Shown one piece after another: positions 38,777 to 52,354 of a stretch of DNA of 64,000 nt. The first letter of the stretch is position 1; each line of letters starts with the position of its first letter. The notes beneath the pieces are model-generated. The model was not told the origin of the DNA and searched no databases. It worked only from the letters and a program-made list of their open reading frames with translations. A program made the position numbers and the translations under genes. Source of the DNA: Octopus vulgaris (lineage: Eukaryota); contig OX597831.1 in the NCBI GenBank assembly GCA_951406725.2, forward strand, positions 55,428,001 through 55,492,000, given 5' to 3'.

Positions 38777-39037
38777 CTAATGTAGGATAAACATTTTTTC
38801 GGGAAAAAAACTTCATCAATGGCCAGCATATCAAAGAATACCTTTAAAGGTTAAATTTATAATATATATATATATATAAAGTGGTGGTTTGTTGCTGTTG
38901 CCAACTTAATGTTGCAGTCCCAGGAAAGGGAAGAATGCTACTGCTATTTAACTCCAGTTGGCTATGTAACACAAGCGTTCTGTGTCCTTAAGTTTTCAAA
39001 CAGGGGAGATAAGCACCTTCACCCAGCAAAGCCAGCA

Positions 39038-39080
39038 TCCAGAGACTAGTTTCTGAGTCATTGCTCTTCATCAGTCTGGA
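39038..39080 (-). ncRNA. Minimal type I hammerhead ribozyme
   Basis: tccaga-CTGATGA-a-GAGcaatgaCTC-a-GAAA-C-ta-GTC-tctgga; perfect 6-bp stem I. Confidence 0.85.
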
Positions 39081-39100
39081 GTAGCTTGGCTTCCTAGCGG

Positions 39101-41040
39101 ATTTTATTTTTATTAGGACAATAAATGCCATACACAGATGGTACGATACAGGACAATACATAAAAAAAAAAACGTTATAATGAGTTCGAATGATGCTTTG
39201 TTCTTTTTTAAATTTTTATGAAATAATTAGATTTAATTATCGTCTTTTTTTCCTTTTAAGGGAGGGGATTATACCCGGTTGCCTCAGCGGCCCAGCGACT
39301 GCCCCTTTCCTTTTTTTTTAATGCAGATTAAGTAGAGTTACTTGCACCCAGCTTTCTTAACATAGCCTTCCATCTTTCATCAAACACACTTTGCGACAGG
39401 ATCCTCTTCTCCATCCCTACCTCGCTCTTCAGGTGATATCTGAAGAATTGTAGCAAACCAGGGCCAGAGATGAAGGATCCCGTCACGAGTCCTTGCATTC
39501 TAGTCTTCCACACACATTCTTTCAACACAGCAACTGTACAGAAAAAACATACCTCACCTTCCTTTGAGTGTCCAGTGGGCGGTACAATCATTATTATAGA
39601 TTCAGCCGATAGCTGTACTCTTCCTAAATGCGACAACACCTGTTCGACGTAAATCATCTAGCCTGACAGCTCCCGACAATGTACAAGGGCGTGCTGGACG
39701 GTTTCATCGTCCAGCCCACGTCTTGGACATGTCGTTGGCACTGACATTCCGTGCCTGGGTAACTTATCTCGAACAGGTAAAGCATTCCTGTAACACTGCC
39801 AGGTCAGGGATTTTTGGTAATTACCCAAATACCCTGGCCCGAAAGTATTTTTGAACAAGTTGGTGAGTTGGTTCTCATCGAACCCCAGAGCTTCTCCTAG
39901 AGCGTCATCGTTGTTCTGCTCTACCAACCCTCTATACAAAACCGAGGCGGCGTTCCCACTGCCGGCCTTGCCCGTCTTGTGGATAAGCACAAGTGCCTGT
40001 CGACACTCCTTTTGCCATTCAGTCAGATTACGTCTTTTAATAAAACCGGGTTTAAATCGCTCCAGAGAAGCTAGTCGCAGAAAGAAATCCTCTGCTAGCG
40101 GATTCCATACCTTATCTCACCTTCCAGGTAACGCCAGAGATGCCTCAGCCCCCAACTCATGTCTGCGCATCATTAGCCAGGGCATCCCCAACCATCATTT
40201 AGCGGTTCCTGGCAGCAAACGGAGCGCCTCACAAGCGGCTTCCCCTCTTCCACAAAAAGCGGAAAAGGAGGCGTTCCAACTGGTTTAGCCGCAAATCAGG
40301 AGAAGGGACAACGGTCAGGCGGTAGGTGATTACAGATGCAATAAACAACTGTACCACCTCTGCCCTTCCTTTCAAGGATAGAGCCTTTCCAGACCAAGTC
40401 CGTACTAGAGCTTCTACCTTGTCTGCCACCTCGCTCCAATTCTTCTCCGTCCGGGAGTCTGGTCCAAACCAAACTCCAAACAACCTAACAGAACCATCTG
40501 TCCAGTGACACACGACACTGGACGATATCGACTTGCTCCTCTAGATGCCGTGGTGCAAGCCAATGGACTTGTCCTTGTTAACTTTTGCCCCTGCCACCGC
40601 CTCGTATCCTTTGATAGCGTCCTCTACACAAGGTAGCTGCGCTTCATTGGACTCGATGAAGGTGACGTCATCCGCATAAGCAGAAACCGACTTACAGCAT
40701 CCGATTTCACTAGGGTTGCCTCCCAACTTCTCCAGCTTCCGCAACAATGGCTCAAAAGCCAACACGTACAGAAGCGGAGACAGGGGATACGCTTGATCGA
40801 AAATAGCTCCGACAGGTAACCGTTTATCTGGACGGTAGATTTAATGCCGCTATACATGGTGGAGATCTACCTACGGAAGTACGAGCCCAGCCCAGCCGCT
40901 TCGAGGGCCGCCGCCAGGTACTGGTGGTCTACCCTATCAAACGCTTTACTTTGGTCTAAATGGACCATGGCCCCCACCTTTGCCGGTTAATTTACCCACC
41001 CTGTCTAAGGTGTAGCGGATAAGGTGAAGATTGTCCTGAA
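39101..41040 (-). mobile_element. 5'-truncated Tx1/L1-clade LINE (RT plus C-terminal domain, disrupted) with A-rich tail
   Basis: SAYADDVT, FGVWFG, WSGKALSLKGRAEV, CPR..DETVQHALVHC; SINE A head abuts its 5' end at 41041-41100. Confidence 0.9.
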
Positions 41041-41146
41041 CAGACGAAATACCGCTAAGCATTTCGCCTGGCGTGCTAACGTTTCAGCCAGCTGGCCGCC
41101 ACCGTGGGAAGCTTCTTACCACACAACCACTCCTGCGTCTATATAC

Positions 41147-41248
<102 letters not shown>

Positions 41249-41501
41249 ACGCACACACGCCCACGTGCAACATATATGGATCAAGCAACGTGTTTTATTG
41301 CATAATACTGCAATCGCTTCATTGCCACTTTACAGTTTTCGCTGCAAAAAACACGTTTGATAGCTAATACCCATACTTGGGCTTTCTAAAGCAAAATACA
41401 AGGTTAACAACTAAACTGAATTCATATAATTATATAGCTGTACACACACAGACACACACGTGCGCGTTTCTACGTGACTGTGTATGAATATATATCTGCC
41501 C

Positions 41502-41885
41502 TGTGGAGGCGCAATGGCCCAGTGGTTAGGGCAGCGGAATCGCGGTCATAGGATCGCGGTTTCGATTCCTAGACCGGGCGTTGTGAGTGTTTATTGAGCG
41601 AAAACACCTAAAGCTCCACGAGGCTCCGGCAGGGATGGTGGTGATCCCTGCTGTACTCTTTCACCACAACTTTCTCTCACTCTTACTTCCTGTTTCTGTT
41701 GTACCTGTATTTCAAAGGGCCGGCCTTGTCACTCTCTGTGTCACGCTGAATCTCCCCGAGAACTACGTTAAGGGTACACGTGTCTGTGGAGTGCTCAGCC
41801 ACTTACACGTTAATTTCACGAGCAGGCTGTTCCGTTGATTCGGATCAACCGGAACCCTCGTCGTCGCAACCAACGGAGTGCTTCC
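41502..41885 (+). mobile_element. SINE family C, full length
   Basis: tRNA-like A/B boxes; TSD atatatatctgccc on both sides. Confidence 0.9.
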
Positions 41886-42479
41886 ATATATATATATCTG
41901 CCCACGGGCTACTACCGCAATCTATGGGATGACGCAATAAAAAGAGTCACAGCAAAGGATATTTGCAATGGCATTGACCTTTAGCAGGTAATTACATTTC
42001 AAGTTCAGTATGGGCAGTGTGGTGAACGTCAGAGTGTCTAGAAACGACATGTCTCATTCTAGAATTGTGCCCCGTCGTTGGTGTAGAAAGAAAAGTAGGA
42101 GAACTTCCTTGAGGAGCTGGAAAAGTAGAAGAGGAAAAAATACAGTAGACAGCAACAGAACTAGTTACAACAGCACCGAGTCTTAGAAGCTTCTATTTCC
42201 AGAGTATGACCAGTTTCACAACCGGTTGCAGCTTCGATAACGGCAAAAGAAATTACCCCATACTCAGTGTCAGAAACTAAAAACTAAGGTTCCCATCCCT
42301 TTGCACAGCCTGTGGTACATTCCATAGTTATGTGAAAAATAAAGAGGTTAATTTGGTATTTCAACCCTTCGCAATAAATTACTAGTTAAGTACTGGGGTT
42401 GATGTAACCAACTTTCCACCTCTCCTAGAAATTACTGGCTGTGTGCCAAAAATTTGAACCCGTTATTTTTATTCACTTA

Positions 42480-43115
42480 AACTTCTTATTTATCTATGTC
42501 GCATCTCAGTTCCATCCCGCAGCTTAGAGACACAACACTTTCCTCAACACATGAGATGTTCCAAGTATTACTGCCAACCGAATACTTCCCATGAAGTTTG
42601 GCATTTGCAGTTTTTGATGCCAGAATATTGCTATCTTGAGATGGGCCGAGCGCACCGATCATAATAGGTACACCACTCCCATTTGAGGCTTCATGGTTTC
42701 TTTTTGCTTCCAATCCTAAGTCTTGGTACTTCCTAACTTTCTCATCCTCTGTCTTCTCAATATTTTGCTCTACAGGTCTGTGAACTCCTTCAGTAGGAGA
42801 GTGATATCTGATCTGTTATGCTACAGCTTTTTGTCTGTGTATATTCGCATATCCCATGTGAGTTTCGCCTGATCATTCTCTGCTACTGGCTCGCGTTACT
42901 TATTGGAACGTTCTGGCCCATACTTCTTGCACAACCTCCAGCGTATTCGCACGTTGTCATGGTTCTTGGAGGCCAGTTTTTCACATCCATTAATTATATT
43001 TCTCTCTCAGATGATTTTTCCACATAATTTACACAAAGGTGATACAGCTGTCTTATCAATGCTACACTTGATTGAGTTGGTTCTTGAGCAGCAAGAAACA
43101 GTCATTCTACCTCCT
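42480..43115 (-). pseudogene. R4/Dong-like RLE non-LTR retrotransposon C-terminal remnant
   Basis: IINGCEKLA..HDNV, EDEKVRKYQDL, VPIMIGALG motifs; next to TTA/TTG repeats. Confidence 0.75.
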
Positions 43116-43341
43116 TCTTTATTATTGTTGTTGTTGTTGTTGTTGCTATCATCATCACCATCATTACTATTATTAACAAAGCAACTGCGATGGTAATGAT
43201 GTTTTACATTAGCATGCGTCTACATGTTTATGAGGAAGTAAGTATAAACTAATGCTCCTGAAGCATTTTAAACTCATTTCTTTTACTAACAACATTTCAA
43301 CGATCCTCGTTACTTTTCGAGAAAATCAAATACACATTTAC

Positions 43342-43428
<87 letters not shown>

Positions 43429-43478
43429 ATTGAAGAAATGGAGTTGAACGAAGATTGAACAGAAATCGTTTTATTGCA

Positions 43479-43558
43479 TTCTACACGTGTTTCGAAAGCC
43501 ACAATTTACCAAATTCCGATTGAATAAGGAGACCATATTGTGTCTTTCTCTTCAGGAA
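43479..43558 (-). ncRNA. Type I hammerhead ribozyme with long stem II, in inverted element 43424-43860 within (TA)n
   Basis: ttc-CTGAAGA-GAAAGacacaat...attgtggCTTTC-GAAA-C-acgt-GTA-gaa. Confidence 0.85.
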
Positions 43559-43857
43559 GAAATAGGAAATCCGTTGGAAAAAACAAAAACAGAACAGAGG
43601 CAGAGCAAAACAAATCGAACGAGGCTCCTAAGAGCCTCGTGTAGAATGCAATAAAACGATTTCTGTTCAATCTTCGTTCAACTCCATTTCTTCAATTCAC
43701 TAATAATATTAAAATTCAATTATCCGCACCAACGCATGGTTGCAACACCATATGGTTGTACCTCCAACCGTGCTGTCTTCTGCTGTGATTTTTGCTACCA
43801 AGGTATCGGTTAAACTTTTGATTAATCTGCAACAAGATTATTCATCTTTCTATTTCA

Positions 43858-43889
<32 letters not shown>

Positions 43890-43931
43890 TACAAATAAGA
43901 AAATGGAAAAGCACATTAGTTGGTTTACCAG

Positions 43932-44000
<69 letters not shown>

Positions 44001-44001
<1 letters not shown>

Positions 44002-44766
44002 CTTACTTGGAAAAGGATGCGCGGCGTTCGATCATATAATAATATAAATAATATATAAATATATGCATATATACATACATATATGTACATACCTACATAT
44101 ATATATGTATATATACATGCATATATGGGTACAGGACATCAAACAAACGTTGAACAGAATGAGAAGTGAAAACATTAAAACAAAAACATAGAAACGAACT
44201 TTTTCTTCGAACAACGAAAAAAACAGAGAAACGGGACATACAGCATAAAGAATAATCTCCATTTTCGATTGTCCCTGTTTCAACTACTCTGCTTATCGAA
44301 GGCAAGGACAAAACGCGACTTCATTGAAACAGTCCTTCCCGCAAAGCAAATTAAATAGAATTTGGGATTTTTTGCGGAGAGTGAAAGTGGTAACAAGAAC
44401 AGGACAATGAGAACAGAGAACAAAACAGTAAAAACAAATGGTGAGGGCTGTTAAGCCAAGACGATAGAAAAATTATTATGAACGCTAGGAAGACGAACTT
44501 ATGAAAGAGACAGTATAAGCACCTTTAGTCTTTACGAAGGTTGTGGGTAGAAAGGTAGATTCTCTTTCGTCACGTGTCAGCGACGAGAGAGTCGAGGAGG
44601 AGAAGTGAGAGAGAGGAAACGGCGAAGAGGAGAGGAGAAGAATAGGGAAGGGTGGGAGAGAAAACAAGAAAAGATGAAGAACAAGAGATGGAGAGAGATA
44701 GATAGAGAAGAAATAGTAAAGATAGAAGAAGATAAAACTTACTTGGAAAAGGATGAGTGGCGTTCG

Positions 44767-44775
<9 letters not shown>
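44001..44775. mobile_element. 737-bp (TA)n-embedded element with terminal direct repeat (group 4)
   Basis: acttacttggaaaaggatg.g.ggcgttcgatcata at 44001 and 44738; relatives at 48720-49230, 53880-54205 and 29480-29800. Confidence 0.7.
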
Positions 44776-44817
<42 letters not shown>

Positions 44818-45171
44818 CATAATTAAAGGATAAAATCATCAAAATTGATTAATTTTATCAGTGGCCACCATATTAAAAAAGGTAAAATACATTTGTAGAG
44901 ATATATAATTGTATAGGGTACAATTATACTTAAGAACACAGAAGTTATCATGCCTATATGCTGAAAGAAGGTGCCGAGTACGTCCAACCACTATTATTTA
45001 TTATTTTATGAATTTTTAATCAGTCTGCTTTCTAGCTTTCAACTTGCGTAAAATATATCTGGAGTGAAGAAGTTATTACATGACCACTAAATCTGCTAAA
45101 ATTAGCACCCAAATGTAAAAAATATACCTCAAATCTCTACTATTTTAAGAGAAGACACATTGGCTAATGTA

Positions 45172-45550
45172 TTGGGTCATCCCATAAATAGTGTGATGTT
45201 TTCAATTGCATGAACTAAAAGACGGATGGGGGACGGGATGAACTACATGCATCAACTTGTTATAAAAGCAGGTATTAATTTTAACTTCTACTTATTCTTA
45301 GTAGATAATGTTCGGCCACATACAGCGAGGATGACATTTTAAAAGCTGGAGAAATTTCAATGGGAAACGATGCCCCACGCACCATATTCGATGGACATTG
45401 CCCCATCATTTATTCCACAGTCTTCAAAATCATTTGGACGGGGAAAAAATAGGAATTCTGTAGACGAGGTCTACAGAATTTTTCGTTACGTGCAAGTGAA
45501 TTTTGGAAGAAAGAGAGAAAGAAAACCGCATTATTTATGGGATGACCCAA
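45172..45550 (+). mobile_element. Internally deleted mariner element
   Basis: TA|ttgggtcatcccataaata ... tatttatgggatgacccaa|TA; DNVRPH, HAPYSMDIAPS. Confidence 0.85.
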
Positions 45551-46017
45551 TAGTTCTAAGTACATTATACCTGAAAGAGAGAGATAAAGATGGATGGTCA
45601 CAGCTGATATACCTTTAATCATATGTTCTCTTGTTCAGAGTTGGTCTGCAACTAAACAAGTAAATGTATAATGAAGGAACAAGGCCAGTTATTATTTTAT
45701 TCCCCGAATTCTTCGAATTCTTCTCTTCCCCGTCTTCATATTTTATCACAATCAAAGCTTTGTTTCTTTTAAATAATGCATCGTAATATAAGCGTAGATA
45801 TTTAAACATACATACATACGCACATACATCCATGCATACATAATATATAGAAAATGCCTGAGATGAAAAAGAGCCTCGACCTGGTTACAAAATTCTCAAA
45901 GGATATAGGGCTGGAGTTTGGTGAGGGAAAATGCTGCTATATGTTTGTGAAAAGAGGGAAAACTCTAAACCAGACTAGTAACATCCCCATCGATGACTTG
46001 ACTGTTTCCCTCTATAT

Positions 46018-46094
46018 CTGATGAGGAATGTTACAGGTGTCTGGGGCTAGATCAAAACATATCTTACAATGACACCTGTAAGAAAATACGTGTC
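46018..46094 (+). ncRNA. Decayed hammerhead motif
   Basis: CTGATGA-g..ttacaggtgtc...gacacctgtaa-GAAAA-t-acgt-GTC; stem I not intact. Confidence 0.45.
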
Positions 46095-47341
46095 ACTAAA
46101 GACTATTCTAGTCGAATAAAGAAAATTTGAACCTCAGAACTCTCTACACTCAATAAAACAGTTTTGCAGTGCCACTACTGATACCGACATTTGGGCTGCT
46201 TGATTGGACGCTTGATGAGATTCGAGCTATTGATGTGAGAACCCGAAAAACACTAAACAACACTCATAATTTCCACATCAGTAGTATGTAGACAGCCCCT
46301 ACCTACAACGAAAACAAGGCGACAAAGGTTTAATATCGACCCAGACTGCCTTTGAATGTAGTGTCATATCCTTTCGACAGCATCTATTAACCACTAAGTG
46401 CCGAAGTGCATCCCTCGACTCCCTTGACTAAGTTTGCATACATGAGGCTGATAACATTATAAGACTTGCAAAGCAGTTCCTTGAGCAGCATTCCTTGTCT
46501 GATAGTCTTAAATACATGTCCAAAGAAGTCGTACGACTCTACCGCAATGTATCATCAGATGAAAGGATGAGCGTAGAAATGAGTTGCGACGTCACGGGTG
46601 CCAAGCTGTATCGGCCCCTTTTGCCTTTCCCTTGGATAACACTGCTGGCGAGGAGAGGGGAGGCCGGCCTTGCCCGGACTTGTGCCTAGGAGGGTAACTT
46701 TCTTGGTGCAATCCCATGGTCAGTCATGACCGAAGGGGGTCTCTCAGCATTGCTTGACAACCGGTGTTAGAACTGACATAAAGGAAAACAACAACAACAT
46801 TAAAACAGCAATTACGGACACATATTATCATACTATTTATTAGAGCAGCCAACAATTTGTAGGAAGAAGTTGAAGGAGTGAGGTAGTGTAGTTCGACTGT
46901 CATGCTTTTCTCGTGGATTCGTCTATATTTCAATCCGATCCCAAAATATATTTATTTTAGATGGTAACTGGAGTCGCAATACTTGAGAGGACTGGCTGTA
47001 TTTTCTTCACACTCTTTATCTGTTTCCATTCCATCGTCGTTGTCGGTGCTTGTCACGAAGGTATAAAATCGTTCTTTCACTGGCAGGTATATAATTATGG
47101 TCGTGATGTATTTGAAAAGAGATATGCTAGAAAGAACCTATTATTTCTTCTAGGTGTTTACCAGATTTTTCAGTTCAAAACATTATTTATTTATTCATTC
47201 ATTTATTATTTTTTCTTCTCATGAAACCTAATTACAGTTTGATGAATAGGGGCCACCTGAGTCTTTTCCGGGAATAAAGTGTAGTACCGGAGATAAATAG
47301 AGGTTCAATTTTTGGCACTTGGCCGTGTAGGCTGACACTTC

Positions 47342-47342
47342 T

Positions 47343-47375
<33 letters not shown>

Positions 47376-47381
47376 CCCACC

Positions 47382-47425
<44 letters not shown>

Positions 47426-47454
47426 CCCCACTACTACTACTACTACTACTACCC

Positions 47455-47497
<43 letters not shown>

Positions 47498-47541
47498 CCC
47501 CCACTACTACTACCCCCTCACTACTACTACTACTACTGCCC

Positions 47542-47608
<67 letters not shown>
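47342..47608. repeat. (TAC)n microsatellite
   Basis: Direct inspection. Confidence 0.95.
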
Positions 47609-48392
47609 AACGTCTGCATGCATAGTGAGGATATAAACAGAAAATGCAAACTGAAATATCTGACATTTGCCGGCAACTCAATCTTTTAGCTTCCTATTCT
47701 CTGCTACATTCTAACGATTATGATATTTCTGTACTTCCTGTCCAATTACTCTCCAGCTCCCTTCCTTCTGTCAGTACCAAGAACTGAACAAGTGACTACT
47801 AATTTCTAAAATACCGAAAGTTCAACTAACAGAAAAAACAGCCAATCAGAAAGCAAGAATTTTGCAATTGTGCTATGTGGGAAAATACGTATGTCTAAAT
47901 CAGTCTACATACATCTTTATTTCACTTTTGAAACTAAATAACCAGGTCATCTTGACCTCTCAAGTAGAATATTACCACTATGTTGGCTACAGATGTATAC
48001 ATCCAATACCTGTAAAAGATATATATATTTTTTTTTTGTTTACTTCATTAAATCGACTCACCTACTCAGGTGTTCTCTCCACCCAACTATGTTTCGCATT
48101 CAGAAAGATTGGTATTTCAAAATTTTTTATGGTGGACTTTCGGGATATCATACCACAACTTTACAAATGATGGAAACTTGGTTGCAAGGTTGGGAAGCGA
48201 AGCATTTTGTTCAGTTCATCATCCTTTAGATCTTAAGAAGGTCTCGAAGAGATTTTTATAGTCCCAAATAACGGGATCATCTGTAGTGTATGAAGTATGT
48301 ATGTATGTATGTGTGTGTGTGTGTGTGGGGGGGTTTATGTGCGTATGTATGTTCATGTGTTTGTTTATATATGTGTATGCATGTATGTATGT

Positions 48393-48440
<48 letters not shown>

Positions 48441-48449
48441 ATACATACA

Positions 48450-48500
<51 letters not shown>

Positions 48501-48534
48501 GCTTTATTTAAAGCAGCAGAAAATTCAACAAAAC

Positions 48535-48572
48535 CTGTTACTCTGAGTTTCCCGTTGCCGTTCATCGGACAG
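48535..48572 (-). ncRNA. Minimal hammerhead motif (C4 variant) in 160-bp inverted-junction element 48501-48660 within (TA)n
   Basis: ctgt-CCGATGA-a-CGgcaaCG-g-GAAA-CTCaGAG-TA-acag. Confidence 0.7.
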
Positions 48573-48658
48573 TTTTTGCTAGATAAAGCATATTACTCTA
48601 CCACTGGTATTTGAGTACTCTTTTTTCCACCTTGTTTCACATTTATGTGTTTACTCCG

Positions 48659-48715
<57 letters not shown>

Positions 48716-49096
48716 GCGACTCTAACCTATACTGTTCTCTCTCTTCCTTTCTAATTCTTTTTTCTCCTCATCACCATTTTCTATCTCTCTCTCGCCCTCT
48801 TTCTCCTTTACTCTCCCTCGTTGCAGTAACAACTGCTTTATCGAAAGCGCATATTTAATGCTCGAAATACGAGAGTAGAAAAACAACCAACAACTGATGA
48901 AGGATCGTTCTTTATGTTGTTTGTTTTGTTTTCCATTTCTGTTTTTCGTTGTTCGAAAGAATAGTTCATGTTCCATGTACTCGTTCTTCCTTTTTTTTTT
49001 GTTGTACGTTTCGTGACGTCCTGTGGCAACACACACACACATGTATAGATGTAAGTATGTACATATACGTATGTATAAAAGCATATATATATATAT

Positions 49097-49182
<86 letters not shown>

Positions 49183-49232
49183 TATATTATTATATGATTG
49201 AACGCCACGCATCCTCTTCCAAGTATATATAA

Positions 49233-49312
<80 letters not shown>

Positions 49313-49496
49313 ATATAATATAAAGTCAGGAGGTTTGAGATGAAAATATTTCTTTCCCCAGTTGATATCCATAAGATGACGATCGTTTTGCAGCCATCAT
49401 CATGATGAAAATTAATTTATATTAGCGTATAACAAATTATTTTACACATCTGCACTAGTGTGTATGTTATAAATTATATATTTGTTTCTTCTCGAG

Positions 49497-49771
49497 TCAT
49501 GTCTGGCTCATAAGGGCCGGTTTCCCGGTTTCCTTGGCATATAGGTTCCCCACCTGGACGGGACGCCGGTCCGTCGCAGGTGAGCTGCAAGAGGAAAGAG
49601 TGAGAGAAAGTTGTGGCGAAAGAGTCAGCAGAAGTTCGCCATTACCTTCTGCTGGAGCGGCGTGGAGCTTAGGTGTTTCGATCATAAACACATACATCAC
49701 CCAGTCTGAGATTCGAACCCGCGATCCCTCGACCGCGAGTCCGCTTTAACCCCTAGGCCATGTGCCTCCAC
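49497..49771 (-). mobile_element. SINE family C variant inserted in an old inverted repeat (49325-49925)
   Basis: Homology to 3515-3817; ttataaatta on both flanks; 32-bp perfect palindrome ttataaattacatagtactatgtaatttataa at about 49772-49803. Confidence 0.8.
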
Positions 49772-50205
49772 TTATAAATTACATAGTACTATGTAATTTA
49801 TAACATACACACAAGTTCATAGATGTAAAATAATTTATTATGCACTAAGATATTTTTCCATGATGTTGGTCGCGAAATGACTGGTGAAATAAATATTTTC
49901 ATCTCATGCCTCCTGAATTTCTTTATGTTCTATATACTCCTCATAAAATAATCATCACTGATTGCATTTACTGGATTTAACAACATAGAACTCTACAGTA
50001 CACCCCAATCTATTGGTTTACTATGTTTGTAGCCTGGTGAACTAAAGGACATTTTTACTGATTACGACCGGATTAGATAAATCCATATATTGTGCATTAA
50101 ATGTAAATGTATGTATGTGCGCGCACGCGCGTGCATGCATTCATGCATGTATGTCTGCATTCTTTGGACATGTCTATATGTATTCTTTGGATCTTTCCCT
50201 TTCTC

Positions 50206-50240
50206 TTTTCCGACGAAGAGCTTTGCTTGAAACGTCAAAA
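50206..50240 (+). ncRNA. Minimal hammerhead motif (group 2)
   Basis: tttt-CCGACGA-a-GAGCtttGCTT-GAAA-CGTC-aaaa. Confidence 0.65.
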
Positions 50241-51075
50241 ACCCTCTCGTTTTCGTATGGTGTGAATCTACATATGGCTCCTAACGTACACATACACACA
50301 CTCACACATATGTATACGCATCTATCTATCTGTCTGTCTGTCTATCTATCTATCTGTGTTTGTGTGTGTGTGCGTTTGTAGGTATTTTGGTACATTGCAT
50401 GCACCCATTGAAACACGTGATTGCTTTAACCTTAAGCAGATCTGATTAATGACACCCCTTCAAAAATTGGGGCACTAAATGTTACATACTTCCCTGATGA
50501 AATAAATTGTTATAAGATTCTGAAGTTGAGTGACCTGCTTTGATTGACTGAACTTTCAGCTTCGTAAGTAGCCATTATCAGAACAGTGAAACTACGTATT
50601 TTGTCTTAGAGCAGGGTTTTTAAAAAATGAGCAGTCCTGCTTACTTTTATATTTTAACTTTTATATGATTATCTACTGGGTACAAAGGGATGTGAGAGCG
50701 AAATATACACCTGAAGAAATTTTTGAAGTGTTTATTTCCTATTTAAATAGTATCTATTAAAAATTCAGTATGATCGAAATCACGTGATTTGGTGGTCTCG
50801 GCGCTAGAAGTGGCGGGGATTTATCTTCCAGCTAAATATATAAGCAAGAATGCATTTTCCACCAAAAACCAATTTGAGACTTTTTCTGGTGGTAACTAGT
50901 GCCTGGAAACTACATTACTCTCGTCCAGTGGTTCTTAACCGTTTTTTTTTTTTACTTACGGGCCCCTTTATTATCCTATTCTGGTAGACCCCAAAAGCCA
51001 CTCGATGTTTAAAAATGAGTTTTATAGATACTTCTTTCAAATTACTGTTTTGTTTTTCACACATTAACTTATGTA

Positions 51076-51130
51076 AGCCTTGTGAGTGGATTTGGTACAC
51101 GGAAGCTGAAAGAAGCCCGTCGTATACATG

Positions 51131-51175
<45 letters not shown>

Positions 51176-51286
51176 TATGTCTGTATTTGTCCCCCCAACA
51201 TCACCTGACAACTGATGCTGGTGTGTTTACGTCCCCGTAACTTAGCGGATCGGCAAAAGCGACCGATAGAATAAGTACTAGGCTTA
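51076..51286 (+). mobile_element. SINE family B fragment
   Basis: gccttgtgagtggatttgg...aagtactaggcttac. Confidence 0.85.
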
Positions 51287-51454
51287 CATTAAAGAAAGAA
51301 GCTGAGCTGTTTCTTGCAATAAACACATCCAGAGAAGCATATTTTCATGGACCCTTAAAATACTAATGTGGATCCTCAATTTACTATTTTGCTTGCGTCG
51401 ACCCCCAAAGGTCTTATATGACTCCCACAGGTCATAAAGACCCCAGTTGAGATC

Positions 51455-51712
51455 CAACTTTAGTTGCCGGGTTTTCGCAATCACAGCATATCTCCAAAGG
51501 TCTCGGTCTCCTATCATTGCCTCTGTGAGGCTCAACGTTCGAAGGTCATGCTTCCCCACCTCATCCCATGTCTTCTTAGGTCTACCTCTTCCACAGGTTC
51601 CTTCAACAGTTAGGGTGTGGCACCTCCTCCCACAGCTGTCCTCGTCCATACGTAACACCTGACCATACCAGCGCAGTCGTCTCTCTTGTTTACCACATTT
51701 GATGCTGTTTAT
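51455..51712 (-). pseudogene. RTE-like LINE ORF 3' fragment
   Basis: RRLRWYG..LRMDEDSC...VEGTCGRGRPKKTWDEV. Confidence 0.85.
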
Positions 51713-52198
51713 GTTGAGAAAGTGTTAGTTACCAGTGTTTGTATACATCGTTGCAGAGTATTGGTTTTGGGGAGACAGGGAAACAGCTGTTAGGAGTATA
51801 TTTATGCGTGTATGTGTCATCCGGGTTAAAAGTGGTTGAGCTGGGAGTAGTAGAGAATGATTAAATTGGCGAACGTCGTGTGATGGAATGCTGTATGTTT
51901 GTTGGTTGTTATAGACGTGAGAAATAATGAAGTGACTATGTGCACATATTGGTTGAATAGAGACATTGTCTCAATGAGAGTGTCATCTCCGTAGGTGTAG
52001 TTGTATAACTTCTATTTTCGAGTGTTTAACACTAATTGTTTTAATCTTTCATCACATGTTAGACTCAAGTATGTAGCTAAACACATACTTCAACTTTGAG
52101 ACAAGTGTATGCATGCATACATGTATATATAGTTAATCCTAACATGAAAACACAAAGAGAAAATACAACAACGCGAGGAAAGGAAAGAAAGAAGAAGG

Positions 52199-52233
52199 AT
52201 TTAACGTTTCGAGGAGAGCTCTTCGTCAGAAAC
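52199..52233 (-). ncRNA. Minimal hammerhead motif (group 2), canonical core
   Basis: gttt-CTGACGA-a-GAGctctcCTC-GAAA-CGTT-aaat. Confidence 0.7.
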
Positions 52234-52354
52234 ATAGAATGTATGTATGTATGTATGTATGTATGTATGTATGTATGTGTATGTATGCATGTGTATATGT
52301 GTGTGTGTGCGCGCGTGTGCGTGTGAGCACTTCCATATATATATATATATATAT

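Noticed and set aside
41502-41580. tRNA gene
   Set aside because: SINE head: A/B boxes but no complete cloverleaf, and it continues into a repeat body flanked by a TSD
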